This document shows, one piece after another, positions 1-8,887 of a stretch of 64,000 nucleotides of DNA; the first letter of the stretch is position 1; every line of letters starts with the position of its first letter. Below the pieces are notes generated by a model. That model was not told where the DNA came from. It saw only the letters and a list, made by a program, of their open reading frames with translations, and ran no database searches. The translations under genes and the position numbers were made by a program. The stretch covers positions 32,292 to 96,291 of the forward strand of contig CAYJIG010000001.1 of assembly GCA_964370165.1 (NCBI GenBank), read 5' to 3'. This DNA is from an uncultured Oscillospiraceae bacterium. Lineage in GTDB: Bacteria > Bacillota > Clostridia > Oscillospirales > Ruminococcaceae.

Positions 1-124
1 TGCGTTTTTTGTGCATAGCGGTTATACTGATTTTTGAGGTTAAAATATACCTGTTATGTTTAAAGATAGGATATATTCACATAATTAGCCAAAGAAAAAA
101 ACGAAAAACACATATAGGGGGCAG

Positions 125-1597
125 ATGGGTATGGGTGTTGCATCATTTGATATTGGCTCGTCAAATATTAAGTATGGAGTTTTTGACAACAGTGGTAATT
201 TGTTAGCCATGGGCAAGGAGGCAAATCGCACTTATCCGCATAAAGATGGCTATATGTACTATAGTGCGGACGAGATGTGGGATGTGTGCTACAAGCTGAT
301 GAAAGAGCTGAAAGACAAAAATCCTGATGTGGAGGCAGTGGCAATTACGGGCATGTCGGAGAGTGGACTGTTTATTGACTGTGATACAGGCTTGCCAAAG
401 ACGCCGATTATTCCGTGGTATGACCAATCATCAATAACAGCCTTGCCGGAGATAGAAGCAATAGAATCGAGATATGAGCTGTATCGGCGCACCGGCCTGC
501 ATCTTAGTGCAAAGTTTGGGCTACAAAAAATATTGTGGCTACGTAGTTTGTATAAAGATGTGGACAAAAATGCTGTGTGGCTGTCTGCGCCAAGTTATAT
601 TGCATATAAGCTTACAGGTGGAATGGGCACAGACCCTAGCCTTGCGGCACGTACATATACATATGATATAAATAAACATCAATATGACGTAGATTTCCTG
701 AAAGCGTTTGATTTGACGGAAAGCCAACTGGCTCCGGTGATACCTGAATCACAGGGCACAGGAAATGTTAAGTCAGAGCTTCGCGAAGAGCTGGGTGTGG
801 GCGATATTCCCGTGTGCGTGGCCGGACAAGATCACATGTGCAGTTGTTTTGCTGTATCAGTAAGCAAACCCGGCCAGATGCTGGACTCGATGGGCACAGC
901 CGAAGCACTGATAGGCCTAAGAAAAGAAAAACCGATGGATAAAGCCGACTTTGAGGCAGGCATACAGTGGGCGCCGTGCCCCTTGCCTGACATGCAGTTC
1001 TGTATAGCAGGTAGCATTACCTCGGGTGGTAGTGTGGAATGGCTGCGCAAGCTGAACCCGTTTTTCACATTGGAATATAGCCATATTGATGCACTTGAAG
1101 ACATGATGGATACATCTCCTACAGACATTTTATACTATCCATACCTGTCGGGACGTGGGGCACCGGTAAATGACCCAAGCGCATTGGCAGGATTTTTGGG
1201 CTTGAGCCGTACACATAATTTGGCAGATATATACAAAGCCATCAGCCAAGGCGTTTCAATGGACATACGCACAATGTATGAAGCAATAGGCCTTGACGTG
1301 AAAAAAATGATTGCGGTGGGTGGCGGCACAAAGAATAAAAAATGGATGCAGATTAAATCAAACATCATGAACATGCCTGTTGAAGTACCGGACGTGGAAG
1401 AATCGGCCATCACAGGCGCTGCAGTGGTAGCCATGGTGGCGGCGGGTCATTATCCAAACCTTGCAGCAGCCATTGATGCCACAAAGGCAAAGATGCTTTC
1501 GGTGTATCAGCCACAAGAAGAATACGCAAAGGCATATGAAACTTTATATAAAGAAAAATATTTACAGCTTGACAATAGGATATTCCGAAACAAATAA
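125..1597 (+). CDS. FGGY-family carbohydrate kinase (xylulokinase/rhamnulokinase-like; substrate not assignable)
   Basis: 490-aa ORF. N-terminal ASFDIGSSNIKYGVFD is an actin-fold ATPase phosphate-1 motif. C-terminal GGGTKNKKWMQIKSNIM is typical of FGGY kinases. The start could be ATG 125 or ATG 131. Confidence 0.85.
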   Translation: MGMGVASFDIGSSNIKYGVFDNSGNLLAMGKEANRTYPHKDGYMYYSADEMWDVCYKLMKELKDKNPDVEAVAITGMSESGLFIDCDTGLPKTPIIPWYDQSSITALPEIEAIESRYELYRRTGLHLSAKFGLQKILWLRSLYKDVDKNAVWLSAPSYIAYKLTGGMGTDPSLAARTYTYDINKHQYDVDFLKAFDLTESQLAPVIPESQGTGNVKSELREELGVGDIPVCVAGQDHMCSCFAVSVSKPGQMLDSMGTAEALIGLRKEKPMDKADFEAGIQWAPCPLPDMQFCIAGSITSGGSVEWLRKLNPFFTLEYSHIDALEDMMDTSPTDILYYPYLSGRGAPVNDPSALAGFLGLSRTHNLADIYKAISQGVSMDIRTMYEAIGLDVKKMIAVGGGTKNKKWMQIKSNIMNMPVEVPDVEESAITGAAVVAMVAAGHYPNLAAAIDATKAKMLSVYQPQEEYAKAYETLYKEKYLQLDNRIFRNK

Positions 1598-1604
1598 AAT
1601 GAAA

Positions 1605-1642
1605 GCACCCATTTTGCACCAGGCAGGATGGGTGTGTTTTTA
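1605..1642 (+). terminator. Rho-independent terminator after the FGGY kinase gene
   Basis: Stem CACCCAT (1606-1612) pairs with ATGGGTG (1628-1634), followed by a T-run at 1637-1641. Confidence 0.7.
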
Positions 1643-1725
1643 TGTTGGAAATGAAATGGTATAGCTGTAAAGATGAAATATAACGCATATACGTTGAAAA
1701 ATAGAGTAAAAATATAAATAATTTA

Positions 1726-1754
1726 TTGACAATTTATGAAATAAATGATATTAT
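1726..1754 (+). promoter_or_regulatory. Sigma-70-type promoter of the zinc-ribbon/ABC-2 operon
   Basis: TTGACA (1726-1731), 17-nt spacer, TATTAT (1749-1754). The ORF-track start at 1726 is the TTG of this -35 hexamer. Confidence 0.6.
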
Positions 1755-1839
1755 AAAATGGATTATAGCGAGAGAAATAATACTGGAATTTGACGTTATA
1801 ATGTGTGTATTCATAAAAAAACATAAAAAGGAGTATATA

Positions 1840-2394
1840 ATGTTTTTTAAAAAAGAGACACCGGCAGATAAGGTGCGTAAAGAAATCGAAAGCACAGAGT
1901 TTAAAAAGCAAAGCATGTTAGCCATCATCGAGAGCGAAAAAAATACGCTTTTAAACGAAAAATGGAAAGAACTGTATAACATAGGCGTGTATGCGTATGA
2001 GCAATATGAAAGTGAAAATACAGAGTATGATTTTAGTAGTTATGTAGAGGCTATTAAAATTTTGGAAAAGGAAATAGTCGAGAAAGACGGAAAAATAGAG
2101 GAAATATCTTTAAGGTATAACGAGGAGATAGATTTATTAAACAAAAGCTTGCAGTCGCTGGCACCACCACCGCCACCGACTCAGCCTATGCCTGTGCCAC
2201 CTCAGCCCATGCAAGCACCTGTGCCACCTCAGCCCATGCAGGCACCGGTGCCGCCGCCAATGCAGGCGCCGCCTATGGGCGAGACTGTGCAAAACCAAGA
2301 TGCAGCCGCGCAAGCTAGTTTGTTTTGCAATCAGTGCGGAAAAGGCTTGGAAACAGGGGATGTGTTTTGTCCATTTTGCGGTAGCAAGGTGTAA
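1840..2394 (+). CDS. Zinc-ribbon domain protein: coiled-coil N-terminus, Pro-rich repeat, C-terminal CxxC-x10-CxxC
   Basis: ATG at 1840 is preceded by AAAAGGAG. No TM segment. Contains (PVPPQPMQA) repeats and ends in CNQCGKGLETGDVFCPFCGSKV. The upstream part of ORF 1726..2394 is promoter/leader. Confidence 0.7.
   Translation: MFFKKETPADKVRKEIESTEFKKQSMLAIIESEKNTLLNEKWKELYNIGVYAYEQYESENTEYDFSSYVEAIKILEKEIVEKDGKIEEISLRYNEEIDLLNKSLQSLAPPPPPTQPMPVPPQPMQAPVPPQPMQAPVPPPMQAPPMGETVQNQDAAAQASLFCNQCGKGLETGDVFCPFCGSKV
2191..2244 (+). repeat. In-frame 27-nt tandem repeat encoding PVPPQPMQA (two near-identical copies, degenerate third copy to ~2270)
   Basis: cctgtgccacctcagcccatgcaagca (2191-2217) and cctgtgccacctcagcccatgcaggca (2218-2244) differ at a single base. 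Confidence 0.9.
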
Positions 2395-2403
2395 ACAGAG
2401 GCC

Positions 2404-3021
2404 ATGGATATATTGCAGGTAAAAGGCCTTTATAAAAAGTTTGATAAAACTGATTTTTTACAGGATATAAATTTTTCTGTTTCGGGTAAAGAGCGCCTTG
2501 GGATATTGGGCGAAAACGGCTCGGGGAAATCCACTTTAATGTCTATTGTGGCAGGCGTGAACACGTTTGATAAAGGCGAAGTTTTGTATAATGGGCAAGC
2601 TGTTGCCAATAAAATAGACATAGGATATCTTCCGCAAGAGCCGGTATTGCTGCAAGGGCTTAGCGTCAAAGATAATTTAAGATTGTGGCAAGGTGTATAT
2701 AACATAAAGCATTTTGACGAAGTGATGGAAAGAATCCCTCACTTTTTGGGTGTACACACTTTTTTATCTAAGAAAACCGAGGAACTTTCGGGTGGAATGA
2801 AAAAGAAAGTGGCCATTGCAATCTGCTTTTTGAACAGGCCCAAGCTAATGATATTAGACGAGCCTTTTGCGGCGCTTGATGAGGATGCGATTGCGTGTAT
2901 GAACGAATATTTGAACAGCCTTGAGGATGTGGCGGTGTTGTATTCAAGCCATGACAAAGGCGAACTGATGAAAGTATGCAAGCGGCATATTGTCATGAAA
3001 AACGGAAAAATCATATCGTGA
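2404..3021 (+). CDS. ABC transporter ATP-binding protein (short, 205 aa)
   Basis: Walker A GENGSGKST, ABC signature LSGGMKKK, Walker B LMILDEP. Lies 9 nt after the preceding gene. Confidence 0.9.
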   Translation: MDILQVKGLYKKFDKTDFLQDINFSVSGKERLGILGENGSGKSTLMSIVAGVNTFDKGEVLYNGQAVANKIDIGYLPQEPVLLQGLSVKDNLRLWQGVYNIKHFDEVMERIPHFLGVHTFLSKKTEELSGGMKKKVAIAICFLNRPKLMILDEPFAALDEDAIACMNEYLNSLEDVAVLYSSHDKGELMKVCKRHIVMKNGKIIS

Positions 3022-3053
3022 ATTGTGTGAATGGAATATGAGGAGGAAGATGT

Positions 3054-4736
3054 ATGCTGTGTCAAAATTGTAATAAAGATATTACGGTGGAAAGTAAATT
3101 TTGCAGGTACTGCGGAAGCCCACAAACACCTGCACCTGTGCAAGAGGCACCTATGACACCACCAGCTGTGCCTGTGCAAGAAGCGCCTGCTGTGACACCA
3201 CCGGCTGTACCTGTGCAACAGCCACCTATGGCGCCGCCTGTGGTTCCTACTGCTGCGGCCCCTATGATGGGTGACGCCACGCCACCACCGCCGGTGCAAG
3301 CACCTGCGGACTTTTCCGCCACGGTGGGAAATGTGGTAAACACTGCCGGTGCCGGGCTGAGAGATGCCATGGATACGGTAGTGGATAAAACAAAAGACAC
3401 AGTTGCTTCTATAAATGCCGACGGAGCTATGACTCAAAAGCTGAAATCACCTATGATGAAAAAATATTTTATTATTGGTGGTGGCGTGCTGGCGGCTGTC
3501 ATTATTATTGCGCTGATAATCACTTTGATAGTTATGAACTCGCCTACTGCGGTGGTGGGAAGAGCACTCAGCAATACCATAGGTGATGCTCAAAGCGAAA
3601 TAGAGGATATCACAGAAGAAATACCCGCTATATTGTTCTTTGAAGACTTCCAAAAAGATGAGTACGATATGAATATCTCATATTCTGATGGATTTCAAGA
3701 TCTTAGCATAAATGTGCAAAGTGATTTTGGCAGTGAAAAAATCCGTGCAGAAGTTAGCATGCTGGGAATTGGCGGCGAGGTAATGATATCGGATAAATAC
3801 GGTACCGTTGCGTTGGATCCTGCGCTTGTAGGCATGTTGGGGCTTAGTGAAGTATATGGTTGGGACAATGAAACTATTGCCGCCGAGCTTTATAATGCAG
3901 GTTTGATTGATGTTGACGATGCCGAAGATATAAGCTTGAATATATTTGAAAACCACACAGCGTCATATGAAAAAGTCAACAAAATGCTGCAAGATTGCCT
4001 TACTGATATCTTTAAAGAAGCCGAGATAGAAGCCATTGATAAAGAAGAAATGACTATTAATGGGGAAGATATTACGGCTAAAGGATATGTGATAGTCTTA
4101 GACAGTGAAATGATTGAAGAAAGATTTGCCGAGTTTTTGGACGATGTGTTCGAGTCGGAAGATTTGGTGAATGCGTACATACCATATGCATCTGTGATGA
4201 TGAATATGGGTAGTATGGACACAGAATATCTCAAAGAAGAGCTGATGTACTCTATGACATCTACGCTTGGTGGCGTGCGTGAGCTGGAAGCGGAAGTGTT
4301 TGTATATAAAAATCGCATTGTTTCACTGCGTTCTGAAAGCTTTGGATACCCGGCACGTTTCGACTTGAATCCTGATGGTGATGTGCTGGAATATGTGGCG
4401 GCTGTTATGGACGACGAAGAAGTAATGGTGTTTGAAGCTAGCATGGAAGATGATGAGCTGATAGTTTCATACGACGAGACATATGGCGACTCTTTGGTGA
4501 TGGTATATGACCTTGAATCAGACAGAAATAACTTAGAAATTTCTACTGATTACGATGATTATCAGTTTACAGTGTACTCGGAAAATAAAGATACTCTCTT
4601 GATCGAGGCAGAGATGGACGGCGAAGTACTTCGGATTGCGGCGGAAAAAGGCGGCCTTTCAGGAGACTGGTTTGAACAGCCGGAAAATTATACCGATATC
4701 ACAGAACTGCTTTCATTAGGCTTGCTAGGATTTTAA
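3054..4736 (+). CDS. Membrane protein: N-terminal zinc ribbon, Pro-rich linker, one TM helix, large acidic extracytoplasmic domain of unknown family
   Basis: RBS GAGGAGGAAG lies upstream. Starts MLCQNCNKDITVESKFCRYCG (CxxC-x10-CxxC), then P/A/V/Q repeats. TM segment is YFIIGGGVLAAVIIIALIITLIV. About 390 aa of D/E-rich C-terminal domain follow. Confidence 0.8.
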   Translation: MLCQNCNKDITVESKFCRYCGSPQTPAPVQEAPMTPPAVPVQEAPAVTPPAVPVQQPPMAPPVVPTAAAPMMGDATPPPPVQAPADFSATVGNVVNTAGAGLRDAMDTVVDKTKDTVASINADGAMTQKLKSPMMKKYFIIGGGVLAAVIIIALIITLIVMNSPTAVVGRALSNTIGDAQSEIEDITEEIPAILFFEDFQKDEYDMNISYSDGFQDLSINVQSDFGSEKIRAEVSMLGIGGEVMISDKYGTVALDPALVGMLGLSEVYGWDNETIAAELYNAGLIDVDDAEDISLNIFENHTASYEKVNKMLQDCLTDIFKEAEIEAIDKEEMTINGEDITAKGYVIVLDSEMIEERFAEFLDDVFESEDLVNAYIPYASVMMNMGSMDTEYLKEELMYSMTSTLGGVRELEAEVFVYKNRIVSLRSESFGYPARFDLNPDGDVLEYVAAVMDDEEVMVFEASMEDDELIVSYDETYGDSLVMVYDLESDRNNLEISTDYDDYQFTVYSENKDTLLIEAEMDGEVLRIAAEKGGLSGDWFEQPENYTDITELLSLGLLGF

Positions 4737-4739
4737 CTT

Positions 4740-5933
4740 ATGCAACGTTTCTTTGCGCGATTGATGCAGCTGGAAGTAAAAAGAATAAAGGGTAAAGTCG
4801 GGGTTTTAATACTATTATTTTTAGCAATATTGATGCTGGGAAACATGGCCGCTTTCATGGCGGAGGATGTTTTAGGTGAAGGTGCAATAAAGCTGAATAT
4901 AGGCGTTGTGAACTTAGACACTTCACCCGAGGCACAAGCAATGATTTATACTATCCTCAGTAGCGAGTCTATTGAGGATAGTTTTCATGTGGTTTTTGCG
5001 ACGGATGAAAGTGCGGCACGGCATAGCCTGCAAGCCGGAGAAACAATAGCTTATGTAGTGGTTCCTGAAAACTTTTTGTATGGCGTGATGAGTGGCGAAA
5101 ACCCAAAACCACGCATGGTTACAAATAATGTAGGCACGCTGGAAAGGTTGATGATTGAAAATCTTGCAAGTGGCCTTGCAGATGTAATGACATATGTGCA
5201 AAGCGGTATATATACTATTCTTGATGACGAACGTATGCAAGGGGAAATCAGCGGCGAAGCTGTTCTGGACGCAAACCTTGCCTACGTGGTACCGTTTTTG
5301 AACAGAGAAAATATGTTTTACTATAACGACTTAGACTATGGAACACAGGCGCCTATTATCCAGTTTTACGTGTTGTCTACTTCGCTTTTTTTGTTGTTTC
5401 TCAGCACCACTTTGTTTTACCACAGCTTTCAGCTTAAAACAGAAAAAAACATGGTAAGGCTGCTTTACTCCAAAGGGATAAACTACCAGTTGTATTATTT
5501 TGCTAAAATTATACCAATATATGCTGTATATACAGTGTTATTGACAATTATAGCGGCGGTGGTAAGTGGCGAGCTTACCATGGTGATAGTGGCCTTGTGC
5601 CTGCTAATGGCGGGATTGCTTGTCTTGGTTCAGAGTGTTTTATTTCAGTTGGCAGGAAACTTTCTATCGGCAGCGGTGTTGAATTTTATTCTGCATAGTT
5701 TGTTTTTAGTCACAAGCGGTGGAGTGATTCCGATAGAGCTTATGGGTGAAAGCATGAAGGTGATATCGCTGTTTTCGCCGTACAGATATTTTATGGGTTT
5801 GCTTACGGTAGGGCTGAGGCATAATACCACGGCGTGGCTTTACATAGGGAGCTTAGGTGCTACTGTGATATTGTGTTGCATCACGTGTTATCTAAACAAA
5901 AAAAGTATTGGGGATGCCTATGAATACTTTTAA
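4740..5933 (+). CDS. ABC-2 type transporter permease
   Basis: 397 aa with an N-terminal TM, a ~150-aa loop and about 5 C-terminal TM helices, which is the ABC-2 permease topology. Starts 3 nt after the upstream stop. Confidence 0.75.
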   Translation: MQRFFARLMQLEVKRIKGKVGVLILLFLAILMLGNMAAFMAEDVLGEGAIKLNIGVVNLDTSPEAQAMIYTILSSESIEDSFHVVFATDESAARHSLQAGETIAYVVVPENFLYGVMSGENPKPRMVTNNVGTLERLMIENLASGLADVMTYVQSGIYTILDDERMQGEISGEAVLDANLAYVVPFLNRENMFYYNDLDYGTQAPIIQFYVLSTSLFLLFLSTTLFYHSFQLKTEKNMVRLLYSKGINYQLYYFAKIIPIYAVYTVLLTIIAAVVSGELTMVIVALCLLMAGLLVLVQSVLFQLAGNFLSAAVLNFILHSLFLVTSGGVIPIELMGESMKVISLFSPYRYFMGLLTVGLRHNTTAWLYIGSLGATVILCCITCYLNKKSIGDAYEYF

Positions 5934-7032
5934 AATGTTTTTTTTGGTGTTTTTGAAAAGATGCATAAAAAATAAAGCTTTTATTGTGTGCCTTTTATCT
6001 TTGCCGCTGGTGGTGGGATGGATGGTGTATACTGCCGCCTCACAAGAGCCCTCGGGCATAACAGTAGGGCTTTATTTTGAAGCGCATTTTGCCGAAGTGG
6101 AAGATGTAGTCCAAAATTTGCAACAAAACACGGCGTATACTTTTATTGTGGAGGACAGCAAAGAAAATTTGCAAGAAAAAGTGGCGAGCGAAAAGCTTTC
6201 GCTGGGTTATATTTTTGCAGAGGATTTTGAAGAAAAACTAAAAAATTCAAATTTTAACAGTTTGATAGAAGTGGTGAAGTATCCAAATAATTTATACTAT
6301 AGGTTTGTAAATGAAAGCATAACAAATGAAATTTTGTCTATGGCATCTCCATATATAGCCAAAAATTACCTGGAAAATCAAGGATCCGAGGCGGATATAA
6401 ACCTGATAAAAGAAAGTATATTTGCACACAGAGAAGACGAAAATGCGTTTGGCATACTTGTGGAAGGAATAAACGCACAAAGCATATCTCAAAATGATAA
6501 TTTACACGTGATGAATATAGCGCGTGGTGTGATTGCTGTATACTTACTGGTGATTTCGTGGATGGGTAGTTTGTGGGTAAGTGAAGAAAACACGTTATTT
6601 GTCCCGTATATCGGAAAACTTAGGCTGGCGGCATATACGCTAAGTCCTGTGTATGTGCTGGCAAGTGTGGCGGCAGTAATTTCCTTGATGGTGGTAAAAT
6701 ATGGGCTGGGCCTTGCGGAGGTTTCAGTCCTTAAAGAAATTGGCCTGATTTTATACTACCAAGCTATGCTGTTTATCACGACTGCACTGGTATCGCATGT
6801 GATTAAAAAAGAACTGAGGATTGTGATATTGCCGTTTTTGGTGTTGTTTGTGGTGCTTAGTCATCCGATATTGATTGACATGCGCAGTTTTGTACCGGCG
6901 CTTTCGTATATTTTGCCTGTCTTTCCAAGTTATCACTACATGCAGTTTTCGATTTATATGCCTTTTATCGGCGCAGTATATACTGCGATATTGTTTTTTA
7001 TAAGCCGGCAAAAATTTATAAAGTTTAAATAA
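5908..7032 (+). CDS. ABC-2 type transporter permease (second subunit)
   Basis: Same topology as the upstream permease: one TM, a large loop, then a C-terminal TM bundle. Overlaps the upstream gene. The true start is probably ATG 5914 or 5920 rather than TTG 5908. Confidence 0.7.
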   Translation: MGMPMNTFKMFFLVFLKRCIKNKAFIVCLLSLPLVVGWMVYTAASQEPSGITVGLYFEAHFAEVEDVVQNLQQNTAYTFIVEDSKENLQEKVASEKLSLGYIFAEDFEEKLKNSNFNSLIEVVKYPNNLYYRFVNESITNEILSMASPYIAKNYLENQGSEADINLIKESIFAHREDENAFGILVEGINAQSISQNDNLHVMNIARGVIAVYLLVISWMGSLWVSEENTLFVPYIGKLRLAAYTLSPVYVLASVAAVISLMVVKYGLGLAEVSVLKEIGLILYYQAMLFITTALVSHVIKKELRIVILPFLVLFVVLSHPILIDMRSFVPALSYILPVFPSYHYMQFSIYMPFIGAVYTAILFFISRQKFIKFK

Positions 7033-7080
7033 AAAAAGCTGCTCTTTAGATTTGCACCTAAAGAACAGCTCTTTTACTTT
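7031..7080. terminator. Bidirectional hairpin terminator between convergent genes
   Basis: AGCTGCTCTTTAG (7037-7049) pairs with CTAAAGAACAGCT (7058-7070) with one mismatch. An A-run precedes it and a T-rich run follows. Confidence 0.7.
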
Positions 7081-7096
7081 TAGTGGTTACACCTTA

Positions 7097-7882
7097 TTAG
7101 AACTTTGCGTCTTTTACCCATACATGCTCGGGCAACTCAACACGGTCTACCCATGGATCGCCCGGCAGGTGGCGAATAATCCACACAACATAAATGCGAT
7201 AGCCGGGTGCGGCGGCTTGAGGGTGATCAAGGCCACCTGTCAAGCAGGAGAAAGAATAGTCCTTGATTTTATACACTTCATCGCCGAAGAAGCAAGCACC
7301 AAAACCTTGAGGTTTATCGGTACGATAGTAGTAAATTTCCGGCTGAGTGTGGCCATGAGGCGGATAACCGGACCAGCTGCCTTGTTGCAGATAAGTCTCG
7401 CCCAGCACCATGTTGGAATAAGGCGCGGTGCTGTAGTCGAAAAATGTGGTCACACGGCGAACAGCAGTGTCACCACACAGGCCTTCGCCAACTATCTCGT
7501 TACGAATGTTGTCGGGAGTGTAGAAAACTGTGGCAAATGTGCCGTCGTTTGTGGTAGACTGGACTAAAATCTCGCTGTCTGCCAAAGCTTTCACTGTTAC
7601 TTCCACATTTTTACATACATGCAAGCCATAAGCTTTGCTGCCTTCGTCAAAGCAAGAATCCCGCTGAACATGCTGGCTTGTTGACTGGTAGCTCCATTCC
7701 ATGTCACCATTCATCAAAAGAATGGCCATTTCCTCTAAAGGAAGCAGAAAACTGCGAGTTTCACCGGCCTTCATTTTATAAACGGTGACATTCATCAGTG
7801 CGTCTTTGTAGTACCCGTCCATCGTGGTGACAATTTGCACGCCTTCGGGCGAAAAGTCGGGGTATCCGTAGTGCTTGCTCAT
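7097..7882 (-). CDS. IolB/KduI-family sugar isomerase (5-deoxy-glucuronate isomerase-like)
   Basis: 261 aa. GSWSGYPPHGHTQPEIYYY matches my recollection of the IolB cupin motif GNWSSYPPHKHD...ETYYH. RBS AGGAGG lies 5 nt before the ATG. Confidence 0.75.
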   Translation of the reverse strand: MSKHYGYPDFSPEGVQIVTTMDGYYKDALMNVTVYKMKAGETRSFLLPLEEMAILLMNGDMEWSYQSTSQHVQRDSCFDEGSKAYGLHVCKNVEVTVKALADSEILVQSTTNDGTFATVFYTPDNIRNEIVGEGLCGDTAVRRVTTFFDYSTAPYSNMVLGETYLQQGSWSGYPPHGHTQPEIYYYRTDKPQGFGACFFGDEVYKIKDYSFSCLTGGLDHPQAAAPGYRIYVVWIIRHLPGDPWVDRVELPEHVWVKDAKF

Positions 7883-8042
7883 AAAAACCTCCTAATTATA
7901 TGGGGCAGTAATATTTGACCTCTTAGTATGTATAATAATAGAATAAAATCATTTAAAATGCAAGATGTGACATGAAAACTATTAAAAAATGGATAAGTGT
8001 TGATATATTCAAGACAATATTTTGAAATATAATTGGTTTATA

Positions 8043-8072
8043 TTGACAACATGTAGGTGGAAAAGGTATAAT
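8043..8072 (+). promoter_or_regulatory. Candidate promoter for the epimerase/Fe-ADH/transaldolase genes
   Basis: TTGACA (8043-8048), 18-nt spacer, TATAAT (8067-8072). Confidence 0.55.
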
Positions 8073-8136
8073 GATGAGCACAGGAAAAAGGTATTTATAC
8101 GATTGATAAAGCGTGAAAACAATAAAGGAGCTTAAC

Positions 8137-8817
8137 ATGGCTATTAACGCCCCGTCGCTGGCGACCACGAATACATTGAATTTAGGCAGTGAAATTCAAG
8201 AGCTGTATGATTCGAATGTCAAGTTTTATCATATTGATATTATGGATGGGCACTATGTAAACAACATGTGCTTTGATCCGAAATTTGTGAGAGAGCTGAA
8301 AGAACGCTATCCTGATGCAGTGGCCGATGTGCACATGATGGTGACTGATCCCGGAAAATATATTGACATCATGAAGGGGTATGGCGCAGATTACTATTCT
8401 TTTCATATAGACGCAACAAGTTTTGTGCGCAGGACTATTTCTGACATCAAGGCTGCCGGAATGAAAGCCGGCGTTGTGATAAATCCATCGCAGCGCATAG
8501 ATATCATAGACCCGTTTGCAAATGAGCTGGACATGGTTATTTTGATGACAGTAGAGCCGGGATTTGCCGGGCAGTCGTTTTTGTCGGGTTCGATGGAAAG
8601 GCTTAAAAACTTGGCACTTTATCGTAAAGAAAAAGGTTTGAAATTTGAAATCACTGTGGATGGTGGCGTGACTTACGACTTGCTGAAAGATGTGGTTCGA
8701 AACGGTGCAGATATCGTGGTGAGTAATCCACACATGATTTTCAACCAGCCGGATGGCATTCAAAGTGCTTGCAAAAGGTTTGAAGAGCATATTCGTGACG
8801 TAAAAAGTGAGATATAA
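8137..8817 (+). CDS. Ribulose-phosphate 3-epimerase family protein (D-allulose-6-phosphate 3-epimerase-like)
   Basis: YHIDIMDGHYVNNMCFDP, MTVEPGFAGQSF and EITVDGGV match Rpe/AlsE motifs. RBS AAAGGAG lies 6 nt before ATG 8137. Confidence 0.85.
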   Translation: MAINAPSLATTNTLNLGSEIQELYDSNVKFYHIDIMDGHYVNNMCFDPKFVRELKERYPDAVADVHMMVTDPGKYIDIMKGYGADYYSFHIDATSFVRRTISDIKAAGMKAGVVINPSQRIDIIDPFANELDMVILMTVEPGFAGQSFLSGSMERLKNLALYRKEKGLKFEITVDGGVTYDLLKDVVRNGADIVVSNPHMIFNQPDGIQSACKRFEEHIRDVKSEI

Positions 8818-8887
8818 ATAACGTTTTTAACATTATTATATAAAGTAACATAAGGTGAAATGCCTAAAAAGAAAGGAACAAATTTAT

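Noticed and set aside
1726-1839. N-terminal 38 codons of ORF 1726..2394
   Set aside because: The putative TTG start is the TTGACA -35 box. A consensus-spaced -10 follows, and a strong RBS precedes ATG 1840.
2739-3437. 232-aa minus-strand ORF (plus 3062..3400, 112 aa) rich in H/R/W/C
   Set aside because: It lies antisense to the Pro-codon-rich (CCN/GCN) repeat tract and the ABC ATPase gene. It has low-complexity composition and no RBS, and the sense-strand genes have clear motifs. It is an artefact of repetitive GC-rich coding sequence.
7052-7567. 171-aa plus-strand ORF
   Set aside because: It overlaps the IolB-like gene on the opposite strand. It begins inside the terminator hairpin and has no RBS.
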